Both the position numbers and the translations under genes were made by a program. A DNA stretch of 64,000 nucleotides from an uncultured delta proteobacterium. Lineage in GTDB: Bacteria; Myxococcota_A; Polyangia; Fen-1088. Positions 8,294 through 17,919 of the stretch are shown here, piece after piece. The stretch's first letter is position 1; each line of letters starts with the position of its first letter. The DNA lies in the NCBI GenBank assembly GCA_963767925.1, contig CAVYGB010000002.1:1152001-1216000 (forward strand). The letters are read 5' to 3'. Below the pieces are notes generated by a model. That model saw only the letters and a list, made by a program, of their open reading frames with translations, was not told the DNA's origin and did no database searches.

Positions 8294-9576
8294 CAAGGAT
8301 AGAGCTCGGGGTGGCGGACGCGGAGCACCTCGTCTCGGCGTTGCGCGAGGGCGGAACGCTCGGAGTCCGGGAGGTCGGCGGCAGCGAGGGCGTTCTGCAG
8401 ATCCTGGTAGTAGCGATCGAGCCGAGGATCCTGGGCACCAGGAGCCAGAGTCCTGCGGCCACTCTGGTATTCTGCCCAGACCCCCTCGCTCCCGCGCAGG
8501 GCGTCCTGGGCGTCCAGCCAGGTGAGGCTCGGGAACCGCTGCTCGCCGTCGACGATGTTCCACGAGGCCGCGTGGCTCCCGCTCGGGTCGACCCGACTGG
8601 GGTCGTCACCGTCGGTGCGGGTGGCCCAGCTGCGCAGGTGCGCCGGGGCGGCGGTCTCGGCCAGCGGGCTGGTGCCGTTGTAGGCCCAGAAGCTCTTCAG
8701 GTTGGGGAGATCCCGCCGGAACTGGTCGAGCTCGTTCGGCTTGGCCGAATAGCAGGACGACATGGCCAGATGCTCGATCTTGCCCGCCCCCTCGGGGAAG
8801 ATCTTGGCGATGTCCCGGATGGTCTGGTGGTCGATCCAGCCCGAAGCGCCGTCGCCGCTGACCGAGTCGCCGCTGCCGTGGCCGGAGATGACCAGCCGGT
8901 TGGCCGCCAGGTCCCCGGAGCCCATCCGGTGCAGCGCCAGCGCGAGCTGGGCCAGCTCGTCCCGAGTGTTCACGTCGACCCGGCCGAGCCGGTCGATCAG
9001 GGCGTCGGCGCGTGCGGCCGGGACCCTGTCGGGGCCGCCAACCAAGGTGTCCCGGAAGTCCCTGCGGCCGGCGTCGGCACCGAGGTCGAAGCGGCGGCCG
9101 TCGTAGTCAACCTTGCCGTCCGAGGCGTGGGCCTTGATCGCGTGCACGCCACCGCCGGCCGGTGGAGTCTCGGCCCGTAGTGCGCGCACTTCCTGCGAAG
9201 AGGCTGGCCGCATCCCGAGGTGGACGATTCCCTGCGATCGGGCGGCCAGTCGGCGGCTGGTAACCTCCTCTTTCAGCTTCTCGTATGCCGCACCAGCGAC
9301 TGTGGGTTGCGCATCGGCGGCAGTGCTCTGTTTGAAGGCGAACGACCGGGAGGATCCGTTCGCGTCGGCCTGATCGATGAGATCGAACAGGGCGCCCATC
9401 TCATTCGCGCCCCGGATCTGAGCGTCCGTCCCGGCGATCCTTTTGAGATCTGTCGCGTCGATGCCGGCGTCAAGGAGCTTCTGCCGCAGCCCGGGCGGAA
9501 GATCGTTGAGGTTGAGCGACCCGCCATCATCTCCCAGGTCGCGGATAAACTCGCTGCGCGTGATGTTGTTGGACAT
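8293..9576 (-). CDS. Hypothetical protein with putative caspase-like (clan CD) His-Cys dyad
   Basis: 427-aa ORF; RLVISGHG...IEHLAMSSCYS; EF-hand-like DQADANGS segment; no signal peptide. Confidence 0.7.
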   Translation of the reverse strand: MSNNITRSEFIRDLGDDGGSLNLNDLPPGLRQKLLDAGIDATDLKRIAGTDAQIRGANEMGALFDLIDQADANGSSRSFAFKQSTAADAQPTVAGAAYEKLKEEVTSRRLAARSQGIVHLGMRPASSQEVRALRAETPPAGGGVHAIKAHASDGKVDYDGRRFDLGADAGRRDFRDTLVGGPDRVPAARADALIDRLGRVDVNTRDELAQLALALHRMGSGDLAANRLVISGHGSGDSVSGDGASGWIDHQTIRDIAKIFPEGAGKIEHLAMSSCYSAKPNELDQFRRDLPNLKSFWAYNGTSPLAETAAPAHLRSWATRTDGDDPSRVDPSGSHAASWNIVDGEQRFPSLTWLDAQDALRGSEGVWAEYQSGRRTLAPGAQDPRLDRYYQDLQNALAAADLPDSERSALAQRRDEVLRVRHPELYP

Positions 9577-9964
9577 AGGAGAGGCTCCTGACCGTCGACT
9601 CTGTTCGCAGCTTAATCGGATCCCAGCCGGGTAGGTTGCCAGTGGTCACAAGATTCCGATGGATAGGAGCCGGCCCCCTCGCGAATGGGTCGCTCTCAGC
9701 TTCGCTGCCCGCCGGCGCCCTGACGTCGACGGCGCCGGTGTCTCCGGGTGGGCGAAACTAGCGCCGTGATCAAGTTCGCTACTGGTGTCGCCTTTTGGGT
9801 GAGCTCAGGTTCCGCTCCGACACCATCCCGGTTCGACGGGGACCCCAACAGCATCTCCGGTTTCCACGAAGACCGCCGCGCACCCTGGGGTGATCCGCGC
9901 AGGTACCCGCTCGAACGAGTGAGCGGGTCGGCCTCGCAATCCTGTCGGTTCACAGGGGTGGCTC

Positions 9965-10022
9965 GCGGCCGCCCGCCCGGGCGGGAGCGCTGGTCTGGGG
10001 CTGCTCCCGCCGGGGCGGCCGC
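9965..10022 (-). terminator. GC-rich hairpin downstream of ssb
   Basis: GCGGCCGCCC...GCGGGAGC / GCTCCCGC...GGGCGGCCGC inverted repeat about 20 nt after the ssb stop; no clear U-tract. Confidence 0.4.
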
Positions 10023-10043
10023 GGGGGCGGACCGGTCGCGTCG

Positions 10044-10412
10044 TCAGGCCGCTTCGCGGTCGCTGCTTTCGCTGGTGGCGCCGGGGCCGCCGAGGAAGAC
10101 GACGCGGTTGGCGACCACGTCGGTGGCCCAGCGTTTCTTGCCGTCTTCGCCGTCCCAGGAGCGGCTCTCGAGGCGGCCTTCCACGTAGACGCTGCGGCCC
10201 TTCTTGAGGTAGCGGGCGCATTGTTCGCCCACGGGACCCCAGGCCGTTACCCGGTGCCACTCGGTCTTCTCCTGCCGTTGCCCGCTGGCGTCCTTGAACA
10301 CCGCGGTGGTCGCCAGCCGCAGGTGGCAGCAGGCCCGGCCCGACGCGATCTGCTTCAGCTCGGGATCCGCACCCAGATTTCCAATCAGAATCACCTTGTT
10401 GACGTTTCCCAT
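10044..10412 (-). CDS. ssb: Single-stranded DNA-binding protein, short (no acidic DDDIPF tail)
   Basis: VNKVILIGNLGADPE, TEWHRV, YLKKGRSVYVEGRL OB-fold motifs; 122 aa. Confidence 0.92.
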   Translation of the reverse strand: MGNVNKVILIGNLGADPELKQIASGRACCHLRLATTAVFKDASGQRQEKTEWHRVTAWGPVGEQCARYLKKGRSVYVEGRLESRSWDGEDGKKRWATDVVANRVVFLGGPGATSESSDREAA

Positions 10413-10710
10413 CTCGCTCTTCCTTTCCTGATTCTTCCTGTTCTTCCGTTCCTCACGTTTCTGACTTCTCGGACTTCCTTCGCCCCATCTGCCATCCCGC
10501 GACCCCTCGAAGGTTCGACCCGCCCCGGGAGGGCCCGACCGCATGGTCCCGACCTCCCCGTCCCGTCTCCCCGCCCCCAGATCCCGAAGACCGCTGCCGA
10601 ATCCCGCCACCGCTCCCGACTCCCGCGCTCCGCGACTCCCGCCCCGCTCCGCGACTCCCCTCACCCGCTCTCCGTGTCCGACCCGCGGTGGCCGCCGACG
10701 CGACCTGCGG

Positions 10711-11868
10711 TCAGGCGGCGGCGGAGTTGTTGCCGGTGGGGGTAGGGGCGGCTTGTTTCCCGGTGCCACCGGCGGGGCTTCCGGCGGGGGCGGACGCCGG
10801 GGTAGAGCCCCCACTCCCCGCCGGAGCGACCCCGGGGGCCAGGACCGCGGGAACGCCCCCTCCGATCCCGGCGTTCTCATCCTTCCGGCGGGCGACCAGC
10901 AGGGCGCGGAGCTGTTCCGCCGCCTGCGGGTTGTCGCTCATCCACTTGCAGGCGTTCTCCCGGCCCTGGCCGATGCGCTCGGCCTTCCAGGTGTAATAGG
11001 CGCCCGACTTCTCGATCACGCCCGCCTCGACCCCCAGATCGACGATCTCCCCCGGCCAGTTCACCCCGGCGCCGTACATGATCTCGAACTCGCACTCGCG
11101 GAACGGAGGCGCGCACTTGTTCTTGACCACCTTGACCCGGGCCTTGCTGCCGGTCACGACGTCGCCGTTCTTCACCACCCCCGTCTTGCGGATGTCCAGC
11201 CGGACGCTGGCGTAGAACTTGAGCGCGTTCCCGCCGGTCGTCGTCTCCGGGTTGCCATACACGACCCCGATCTTCTGCCGGAGCTGGTTGATGAAGATGA
11301 CCGCCGTGGCATTCCGGGCCGTGGCGGCCGTGAGCTTGCGCAGGGCCTGGCTCATCAGGCGGGCCTGCAGCCCCATGTGGGCGTCGCCCATCTCCCCCTC
11401 GATCTCCGCCTTGGGCACCAGGGCGGCGACCGAGTCGACGACGATCAGATCGACCGCGCCCGTCCCCACCAGGCGGTCGGCGATCTCCAGGGCCTGCTCG
11501 CCGTGGTCGGGCTGCGAGATGAGCAGCTCCTCCACCTTCACTCCCAGCCGCCGGGCGTACGAGAGGTCGAGCGCGTGCTCGGCGTCGATGAAGGCGCACA
11601 CCCCGCCGGTCTTCTGGGCCTGGGCGACCGCCTGCAGGGTGAGGGTTGTCTTCCCCGACGACTCCGGCCCGTAGATCTCGATGACCCGCCCCCGCGGCAG
11701 GCCCCCGACCCCCAGCGCCAGATCCAGCCCCACCGATCCCGTGGGGATGACCGACATCTCGGGGACGTCGCCGCCTCCGAGGGACATGATGGTGCCTTTT
11801 CCGAACTGCTTCTCGATCGCCGAGACGGCGCTGGCGACCACCTTCAGCTTCTCCTTGAGCGTGGACAT
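10711..11868 (-). CDS. recA: Recombinase RecA
   Basis: [16 protein letters not shown] Walker [27 protein letters not shown]; low-complexity C-terminal extension. Confidence 0.98.
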   Translation of the reverse strand: MSTLKEKLKVVASAVSAIEKQFGKGTIMSLGGGDVPEMSVIPTGSVGLDLALGVGGLPRGRVIEIYGPESSGKTTLTLQAVAQAQKTGGVCAFIDAEHALDLSYARRLGVKVEELLISQPDHGEQALEIADRLVGTGAVDLIVVDSVAALVPKAEIEGEMGDAHMGLQARLMSQALRKLTAATARNATAVIFINQLRQKIGVVYGNPETTTGGNALKFYASVRLDIRKTGVVKNGDVVTGSKARVKVVKNKCAPPFRECEFEIMYGAGVNWPGEIVDLGVEAGVIEKSGAYYTWKAERIGQGRENACKWMSDNPQAAEQLRALLVARRKDENAGIGGGVPAVLAPGVAPAGSGGSTPASAPAGSPAGGTGKQAAPTPTGNNSAAA

Positions 11869-11921
11869 GTGAACTCTCCTTGCGCGTTTCAGTTGACCGC
11901 TTCGATCCGCGCGCCCACCTC

Positions 11922-11937
11922 AGCCAGACCCGTGCCA
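11922..11937 (-). promoter_or_regulatory. sigma54-type promoter upstream of recA
   Basis: Minus strand TGGCACGGGTCTGGCT (TGGCACG, GG-N10-GC). Confidence 0.5.
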
Positions 11938-12073
11938 GCCGGCGAGGGCCCTCGCGCCTCGGGGCCGAGCACCCACCCGTCCGGAAGCGGGCCGCGCGGC
12001 CCGACCTACGGACGCCGCCGACCGTCGCCCGACGGTCACCGGACGCGCGATCACCGCGGAAGGGCGGCGCGGA

Positions 12074-13579
12074 TCACGGGCGGTCGAGGACGCGGTACTG
12101 GAGGGCCTCGCCGAGGTGGGGTCCGCGCACGTCGGGGCTCCCATCGAGATCGGCGATGGTCCGGGCCACCCGGCGGACCCTGTCGAGGGCCCGGGCCGAC
12201 AGCCCCATCTTCTCCACCGCGCGCTCGAGCAGCCGGTGGGCCTCGGCGTCGAGCACGACCGATTCGGCCAGGAGCGCCGACGGGATGGAGGCGTTGCTGC
12301 GGGGCCCCCGCAGGCGCTGCCGCCCGCGGGCCTGCTCGACACGGGCGCGCACGCTGGCGCTCGACTCGCCGGGCTCGGCCCGGCTGAGCTCCTTGTAGGT
12401 CAGGGCCGGGACCTCGACGTGCAGATCGATGCGGTCGATCAGCGGCCCGGACAGCTTGGCCCGGTACGAGTTGATCCGGTTCTGCGAGCAGGTGCAGGTA
12501 CGCCGCTGGCTGCCGTGGTAGCCGCAGGGACAAGGATTCAGCGCCGAAACCAGCATGAAGTCCGCGGGGAAGGTCACCGTCCGGCGGGCCCGCACCAGGG
12601 ACACGCTGCGCTCCTCCAGCGGCTGCCGGAGCGCCTCGAGCGCCTGGCGCGGAAACTCGAGCAGCTCGTCGAGGAACAGCACGCCGTTGTGGGCCAGGGA
12701 GATCTCGCCCGGCTTCACCGCCGCCCCTCCCCCCGTCAGCCCGATGGTCGAGACGGTGTGGTGGGGCGCCCGGAAGGGCCGCTCGCGAATCAGCGATCGC
12801 CCCTGGAGCTGCCCCGCCACCGAATAGACCATCGACGTCTCGACCGCCTCCTCGAAGGTCAGGGGCGGCAGGATCCCCGGCAGGCGCCGGGACAGCAGCG
12901 TCTTGCCCGCCCCCGGCTCTCCCGTGAAGAGGAGGTTGTGCCCCCCGGCCGCCGCGATCTCGAGCGCCCGCCGCGCCGGCTCCTGGCCACGCACGTCCCG
13001 CAGGTCCGGCCCCCCCTCCGGCTGCCGGCCGTCCCCCGGGACCGCCACCACCCGGGCAAGCGGCGCCCCGCCCCCCAGCGCGGTGGCCAGCTCTTGCAGG
13101 CCTCCCACCGGGAACACCTGGGTCTCGCCGCTCGCCACCGCCGCCTCCGGCGCGTTCTCCCGCGGCACGAACATGCGCGACACGCCCTGCTTGCGCGCCA
13201 GCGCCGCCATCGGCAACACGCCCCGCACCGGCCGGACCGTCCCGTCGAGCGCCAGCTCCCCCACGAACACGGCGTCGCCGGCACACCCCTCCGGCAGCAG
13301 CCCCGACGCCTCCAGGATCCCGATCGCGATCGGCAGGTCGAAGGCCGCCCCGTCCTTGCGCAGATCCGCGGGCGCCAGGTTCACCGTGATCCGCCGCGGC
13401 GGAACCTTGAACCCGGTGTTCTCGATCGCCCCCCGGATCCGGGCCCGCCCCTCCTTCACCCCGACGTCCGGCAACCCCACGATGTGACACCCCGGCAGCC
13501 CCATGACGAGGTCCACCTCGACATGGATCGGCGAAGCCTGCACCCCGAGCACAGCCGCCGACGAGACCCGCGCGAGCAT
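12074..13579 (-). CDS. comM: ComM/YifB Mg-chelatase-like AAA+ ATPase
   Basis: ITVNLAPADLRKDG, GEPGAGKT, RPFRAPHH, PGEISLAHNGVLFLDE, NPCPCG, SGPLIDRID. Confidence 0.93.
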   Translation of the reverse strand: MLARVSSAAVLGVQASPIHVEVDLVMGLPGCHIVGLPDVGVKEGRARIRGAIENTGFKVPPRRITVNLAPADLRKDGAAFDLPIAIGILEASGLLPEGCAGDAVFVGELALDGTVRPVRGVLPMAALARKQGVSRMFVPRENAPEAAVASGETQVFPVGGLQELATALGGGAPLARVVAVPGDGRQPEGGPDLRDVRGQEPARRALEIAAAGGHNLLFTGEPGAGKTLLSRRLPGILPPLTFEEAVETSMVYSVAGQLQGRSLIRERPFRAPHHTVSTIGLTGGGAAVKPGEISLAHNGVLFLDELLEFPRQALEALRQPLEERSVSLVRARRTVTFPADFMLVSALNPCPCGYHGSQRRTCTCSQNRINSYRAKLSGPLIDRIDLHVEVPALTYKELSRAEPGESSASVRARVEQARGRQRLRGPRSNASIPSALLAESVVLDAEAHRLLERAVEKMGLSARALDRVRRVARTIADLDGSPDVRGPHLGEALQYRVLDRP

Positions 13580-13591
13580 CCCGCCCCACCT

Positions 13592-13607
13592 AGCGAATCC
13601 GGTGCCA
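13592..13607 (-). promoter_or_regulatory. sigma54-type promoter upstream of comM
   Basis: Minus strand TGGCACCGGATTCGCT (GG-N10-GC), 12 nt before the ATG. Confidence 0.5.
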
Positions 13608-13819
13608 CCCCTTCGCCGCCCAGCCCCGCCCCCACCAGCGCCCCACCCGTCCGCCCCCCGGATCCCCCGTCCGGAACACAGCCCACCGTCCGGCCCCCCG
13701 GCCCCCACGGGCGCCGCCCTCCGCGACGATCGCTACTCCCTACAGCCAGAGCTGACGTTCGGCCTGCCCCAGGAGGTAACAGAGCACGTGCGCCGGTACT
13801 CGGAGAATCGGTGGACGAC

Positions 13820-13927
13820 GCTCGCCGAGCCGGTGGCGACGATCCGGTATTCGGGGTGATGGTCCACCAGGAGCTTGATCTCGGTACCCCAGTTGCTCGA
13901 GTACTGAACCTCGTCGAGGAGCAGGAG
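13820..13927 (-). pseudogene. Fragment of an AAA_14/DUF4143-type ATPase
   Basis: Frame not in the ORF track reads LLLLDEVQYSSNWGTEIKLLVDHHPEYRIVATGSAS (Walker B DEVQ...TGSAS); no Walker A nearby. Confidence 0.6.
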
Positions 13928-14420
13928 GCAGCGACCAGCCAGTCACCGCGCACGACCGGGACCTCCGTGCGGAGCTGCTGGTACAGCGCCTCGTGGGCGG
14001 TGGCGTTCGAGCGCACGCAGTAGGGGTAAAATGCGGTCAGCGCGTCCCAGGTCCCCTCGTCCCAGCCCAGCTCGGACAGGCGGAAGCGCAGCACCGCCCC
14101 CGCCGCGTCGACCGCCGGTAGCTCGATCAGCCCGGCCCGCCGGGACAGCGAGTTGACGATGAACACGAGGAGCTGGCGGGCGCCTCCAGCTCGGCGGCCG
14201 GGCGCCCCTCGGACAGGAAGTGGGCCAGGCTAACGATTGGAACCCCGGGGGGCGCCGGCGGCCCCCCGGGCACGGGGCCCGTCTGCGTCCCGTCGGGATC
14301 GCTACCGCCGAGGTAGCCCAGGCCCGACGGGTTCGTGCGCAGGCAGCCCGCCGCCGCCGCCAGCGCAAGCGCCAGCAGGGGCAGGGGACAGGCGACGCGC
14401 GCGCGGACCCGGAGGGACAT
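13928..14420 (-). pseudogene. Truncated, frameshifted lipoprotein gene
   Basis: Lipobox AAAGC; after a frameshift near 14180 reads IVNSLSR...LGWDEGTWDALTAFYPY...VPVVRGDWLVAAS, then the sequence character changes abruptly. Confidence 0.55.
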
Positions 14421-14435
14421 GGCCGCCCCGCGCGC

Positions 14436-14696
14436 TCAGGCCTCCATCGGCCGTCTGCCGAAGCCGACCGCCTCGACCAGGCAGGCCAGCGCCGCTCCGG
14501 CCGTCGCTCCCACCCCCGTCACCACATCCGAGGCCGATCCGGCGATCGATTCGGCCGCCAGGCCCCCGGCGAACGCCGCCACCGAGGCGAAGAACGTGAA
14601 GAGAATCAACCCGAACAGCCCGCCCCGGCCGCGTACGGCCGCCCAGGTCCCGAGACCGAACATGATGCCCAGTGGTAACGACACGAGCAGCGACAT
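14436..14696 (-). CDS. Small hydrophobic membrane protein
   Basis: Strong RBS AAGGAGG; three Gly-rich hydrophobic segments; 86 aa. Confidence 0.65.
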   Translation of the reverse strand: MSLLVSLPLGIMFGLGTWAAVRGRGGLFGLILFTFFASVAAFAGGLAAESIAGSASDVVTGVGATAGAALACLVEAVGFGRRPMEA

Positions 14697-15331
14697 GTTG
14701 AACCTCCTTTGTCCGTTCACTCCCCGCGGCCGGCGCATTCCCGCCGCGGACCGGGGCACACTTCTTCGATTCCGGGTAGCGGTCCCCGCGAACAGAGAAA
14801 CAACAGTGCCCGCGGCGGCGGATTCGTTTCATCCGGCGTGACCGCGCGGGCTCCTCCCACTTGCCCCCACCTGACGCGCACGCACCAATTCCGTCTCGTG
14901 ACCTGGTCATCGTCGCCTCAGGTCAGCGGATCGGCGAATCGCGCGCGGGTAGATCGCCGCACCGGCGGTAGCCGCGTCGGGATCTCACGTCTCAGAGCGC
15001 GCTTCACAGTCATGCTCTTCCTCGCGGGCGACACGCGCCAGGGCCAGGCAGGCCCCGCACGCCAGAACTAAGGAAGGCGAAGGCGATCGACCGGAGCTAC
15101 TCCAGGAGTGGCTTTCCGTTTTGCCCTCTCGGAGCCGGGCTATTGGCCGCCCGGCCGAGGCTCGCGCAAACAGACGCGATAGACGTCCAGTACACCGGAG
15201 CCCGCGTTTTCGGTCAAGCGGTCCGTTGGCATTTCTCCGGACCGGCAGTTACCCCACGCCTCGCGGGATAAGGCGGCGATCGGACAACCTGGCCGCGCCA
15301 GTGTCGACTCGCGGCGAGGAACCGCGCGCGG

Positions 15332-15754
15332 CTACTGCTGGTCGGAGGTGACGATGCCGAGGGTCTTGGCGCCGGCGCCGCGGACGGTGTCCATCAGCTT
15401 GACGACCTCTCCGTACAGCGCGTCGTCCTCGACCTTGAAGAAGACGACCTTCTGGCGGACGAACTTCAGCCGCTCGGAGATCTTGTCGGCCAGGGCGTCC
15501 CAGGCCACCACCTCGGTGTTGACGGTGATCTCGCGCTTGGCGGTGTACTCGACCACGATGGGCGTCGCCGACGGATCGGGCGGCGGCGCGTCGGGGGGCG
15601 CCTTGCGAGGCACGTTGGCCGTCATGTGCTTGAGCATCGACGGCACGAGCACCATGAAGATGATGAGGAGGACGAGCACGACGTCGATGAGCGGGGTGAC
15701 GTTGATTTCGGCCATGGCGCCTTTTTTATTGCCACCGCCTACATCCATTCCCAT
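15332..15754 (-). CDS. exbD: ExbD/TolR family protein
   Basis: EINVTPLIDVVLVLLIIFM TM with conserved Asp. Confidence 0.9.
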   Translation of the reverse strand: MGMDVGGGNKKGAMAEINVTPLIDVVLVLLIIFMVLVPSMLKHMTANVPRKAPPDAPPPDPSATPIVVEYTAKREITVNTEVVAWDALADKISERLKFVRQKVVFFKVEDDALYGEVVKLMDTVRGAGAKTLGIVTSDQQ

Positions 15755-15805
15755 GTGCGGATCCTCCTGCGTGCCTTCTGCTGCTGACGGGTCGGAGAGT
15801 AGGCG

Positions 15806-16288
15806 CTAGGGCGCTTGCCCTGACGCCTGCTTGATCTCTTCGGTGCCCAGCATGATGTCTTCGATGCCGATCTTGTTGATCGCTTCCATGACGTCGCGGA
15901 CAGCACCGTACGGCGCCTGCGAGTCACCCTTCAAGTAGATCGTCTTCTCGGGAAAGCGCCGCTTCTCGTCTTCGACGATACGCGGGATGTCCTTCATGAC
16001 GACCTGCTGGCGGTTGATGTAGACCGCCTTGTTGCGGGCCACGGCGACGATGATGTCCTTGCCGTCGTCGGGCTTCTTCGAGTGGTTCTGGGTGCGCGGC
16101 AGGTCGACCTGGACACCGCTCGTGATCATCGGCGTGACGACCATGAAGATGATCAGCAGCACGAGCACCACGTCCACCAGTGGGGTGACGTTGATGTCGG
16201 CCTTGACCGCGCCCTTCGTGTGCTTTTTGCCGGTGCGCATGGCCTTTCGGATCTTGCGCTGCCGGAACTCTGTTGCACTGCCGCTCAT
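15806..16288 (-). CDS. exbD: ExbD/TolR family protein
   Basis: DINVTPLVDVVLVLLIIFMV, VDLP, IYLKGD...YG motifs. Confidence 0.9.
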   Translation of the reverse strand: MSGSATEFRQRKIRKAMRTGKKHTKGAVKADINVTPLVDVVLVLLIIFMVVTPMITSGVQVDLPRTQNHSKKPDDGKDIIVAVARNKAVYINRQQVVMKDIPRIVEDEKRRFPEKTIYLKGDSQAPYGAVRDVMEAINKIGIEDIMLGTEEIKQASGQAP

Positions 16289-16333
16289 GGATGGTTCACC
16301 CCAGGCTGACCGCTTGGTCGCTCGGCGACCGGG

Positions 16334-17103
16334 CTACCAGCGCTGCGGAGGCTGCGGCTGGGTGGTGGCCGGCACCTGCGCGCCAGCGCCCCGTGCACCG
16401 GAGAACGCCCGGCCCTCGCGGGTCATGCTGTCGAGCACCTCGCCGGTGGTCTCGTCCACGTCGACGGTGATGTCGTCCACCTTGTTGACGAAGATAGTTG
16501 TAGAACCACACCGCGACGATGGCCACGGCGAGACCGACCGCCGTCGTCATGAGCGCCTCGGCGATACCGGCCGACACCGACGCCAGACCGCCGCCACCCT
16601 TCGAGGGGTCGGCCATCATCTGGAAGGCGGTGATGATACCGAACACCGTGCCGAAGAGACCGACGAACGGCGCCGACGACGACACGGTCGCCAGCACGGG
16701 GAGGCCCCGGCGCAGGTTGGACAGCTCGCGCTCCTTGACCCGCTCCATGCGTTCGGCTGGCGGTGTCGACCACGATCTCCAGCTCGGCCGCGTCGGTGGC
16801 TCTGGGCCCCAGGGCTTCTACGCCTCTGACGAATTCGCTGATGCCGGTGCCGATGACCTTGGCCACCGGGCTGCCCCGGAAGCGCTGCTCGAGGCCGACG
16901 GCCTCACGCAGGCGGCCGGTGGTGGCCACCAGCGGCTGCAAGGCACCGATGTAGCCGATCGACTGCAGGCGACCTTTGCGGAAGGTGAGCGCCCGCTCGA
17001 CGGTGATGCCTATCGAGTACATCGACATGATGAGCAGGATGATGACCACGCCACGAGCCACCCAGCCCATCTGGTTCCAGAGTCCTACCAGCGAAAAATC
17101 CAT
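16334..17103 (-). CDS. exbB: MotA/TolQ/ExbB proton channel (two apparent frameshifts near 16750 and 16490)
   Basis: MDFSLVGLW... start, then LATVSSSAPFVGLFGTVFGI, GIAEALMTTAVGL in a second frame and VDDITVDVDE...QRW* in a third. Confidence 0.85.
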
Positions 17104-17181
17104 GGTCCCTTCTCTCCTTATCTTTCTCGTGCGCGCGTGGGGCGTGTCCCAGGCCAGTCCCGGTACTCGACGACCCGATCA

Positions 17182-17881
<700 letters not shown>

Positions 17882-17919
17882 GGCCAGCTTCTCCTCGAAA
17901 CCCTTCTACTGAGGAAACC

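Noticed and set aside
9696..9953. 85-aa ORF between ssb and the putative effector
   Set aside because: No RBS, motif or codon-bias support
10593..10609. sigma54 site upstream of ssb (TGGCGGGATTCGGCAG)
   Set aside because: GG-to-GC spacing is 9, not 10
15085..15135. c-di-GMP-I riboswitch-like GGGCAAA...GAAAGC on the minus strand
   Set aside because: Lacks the P2 stem with GNRA loop and the GACGCAAAG junction spacing
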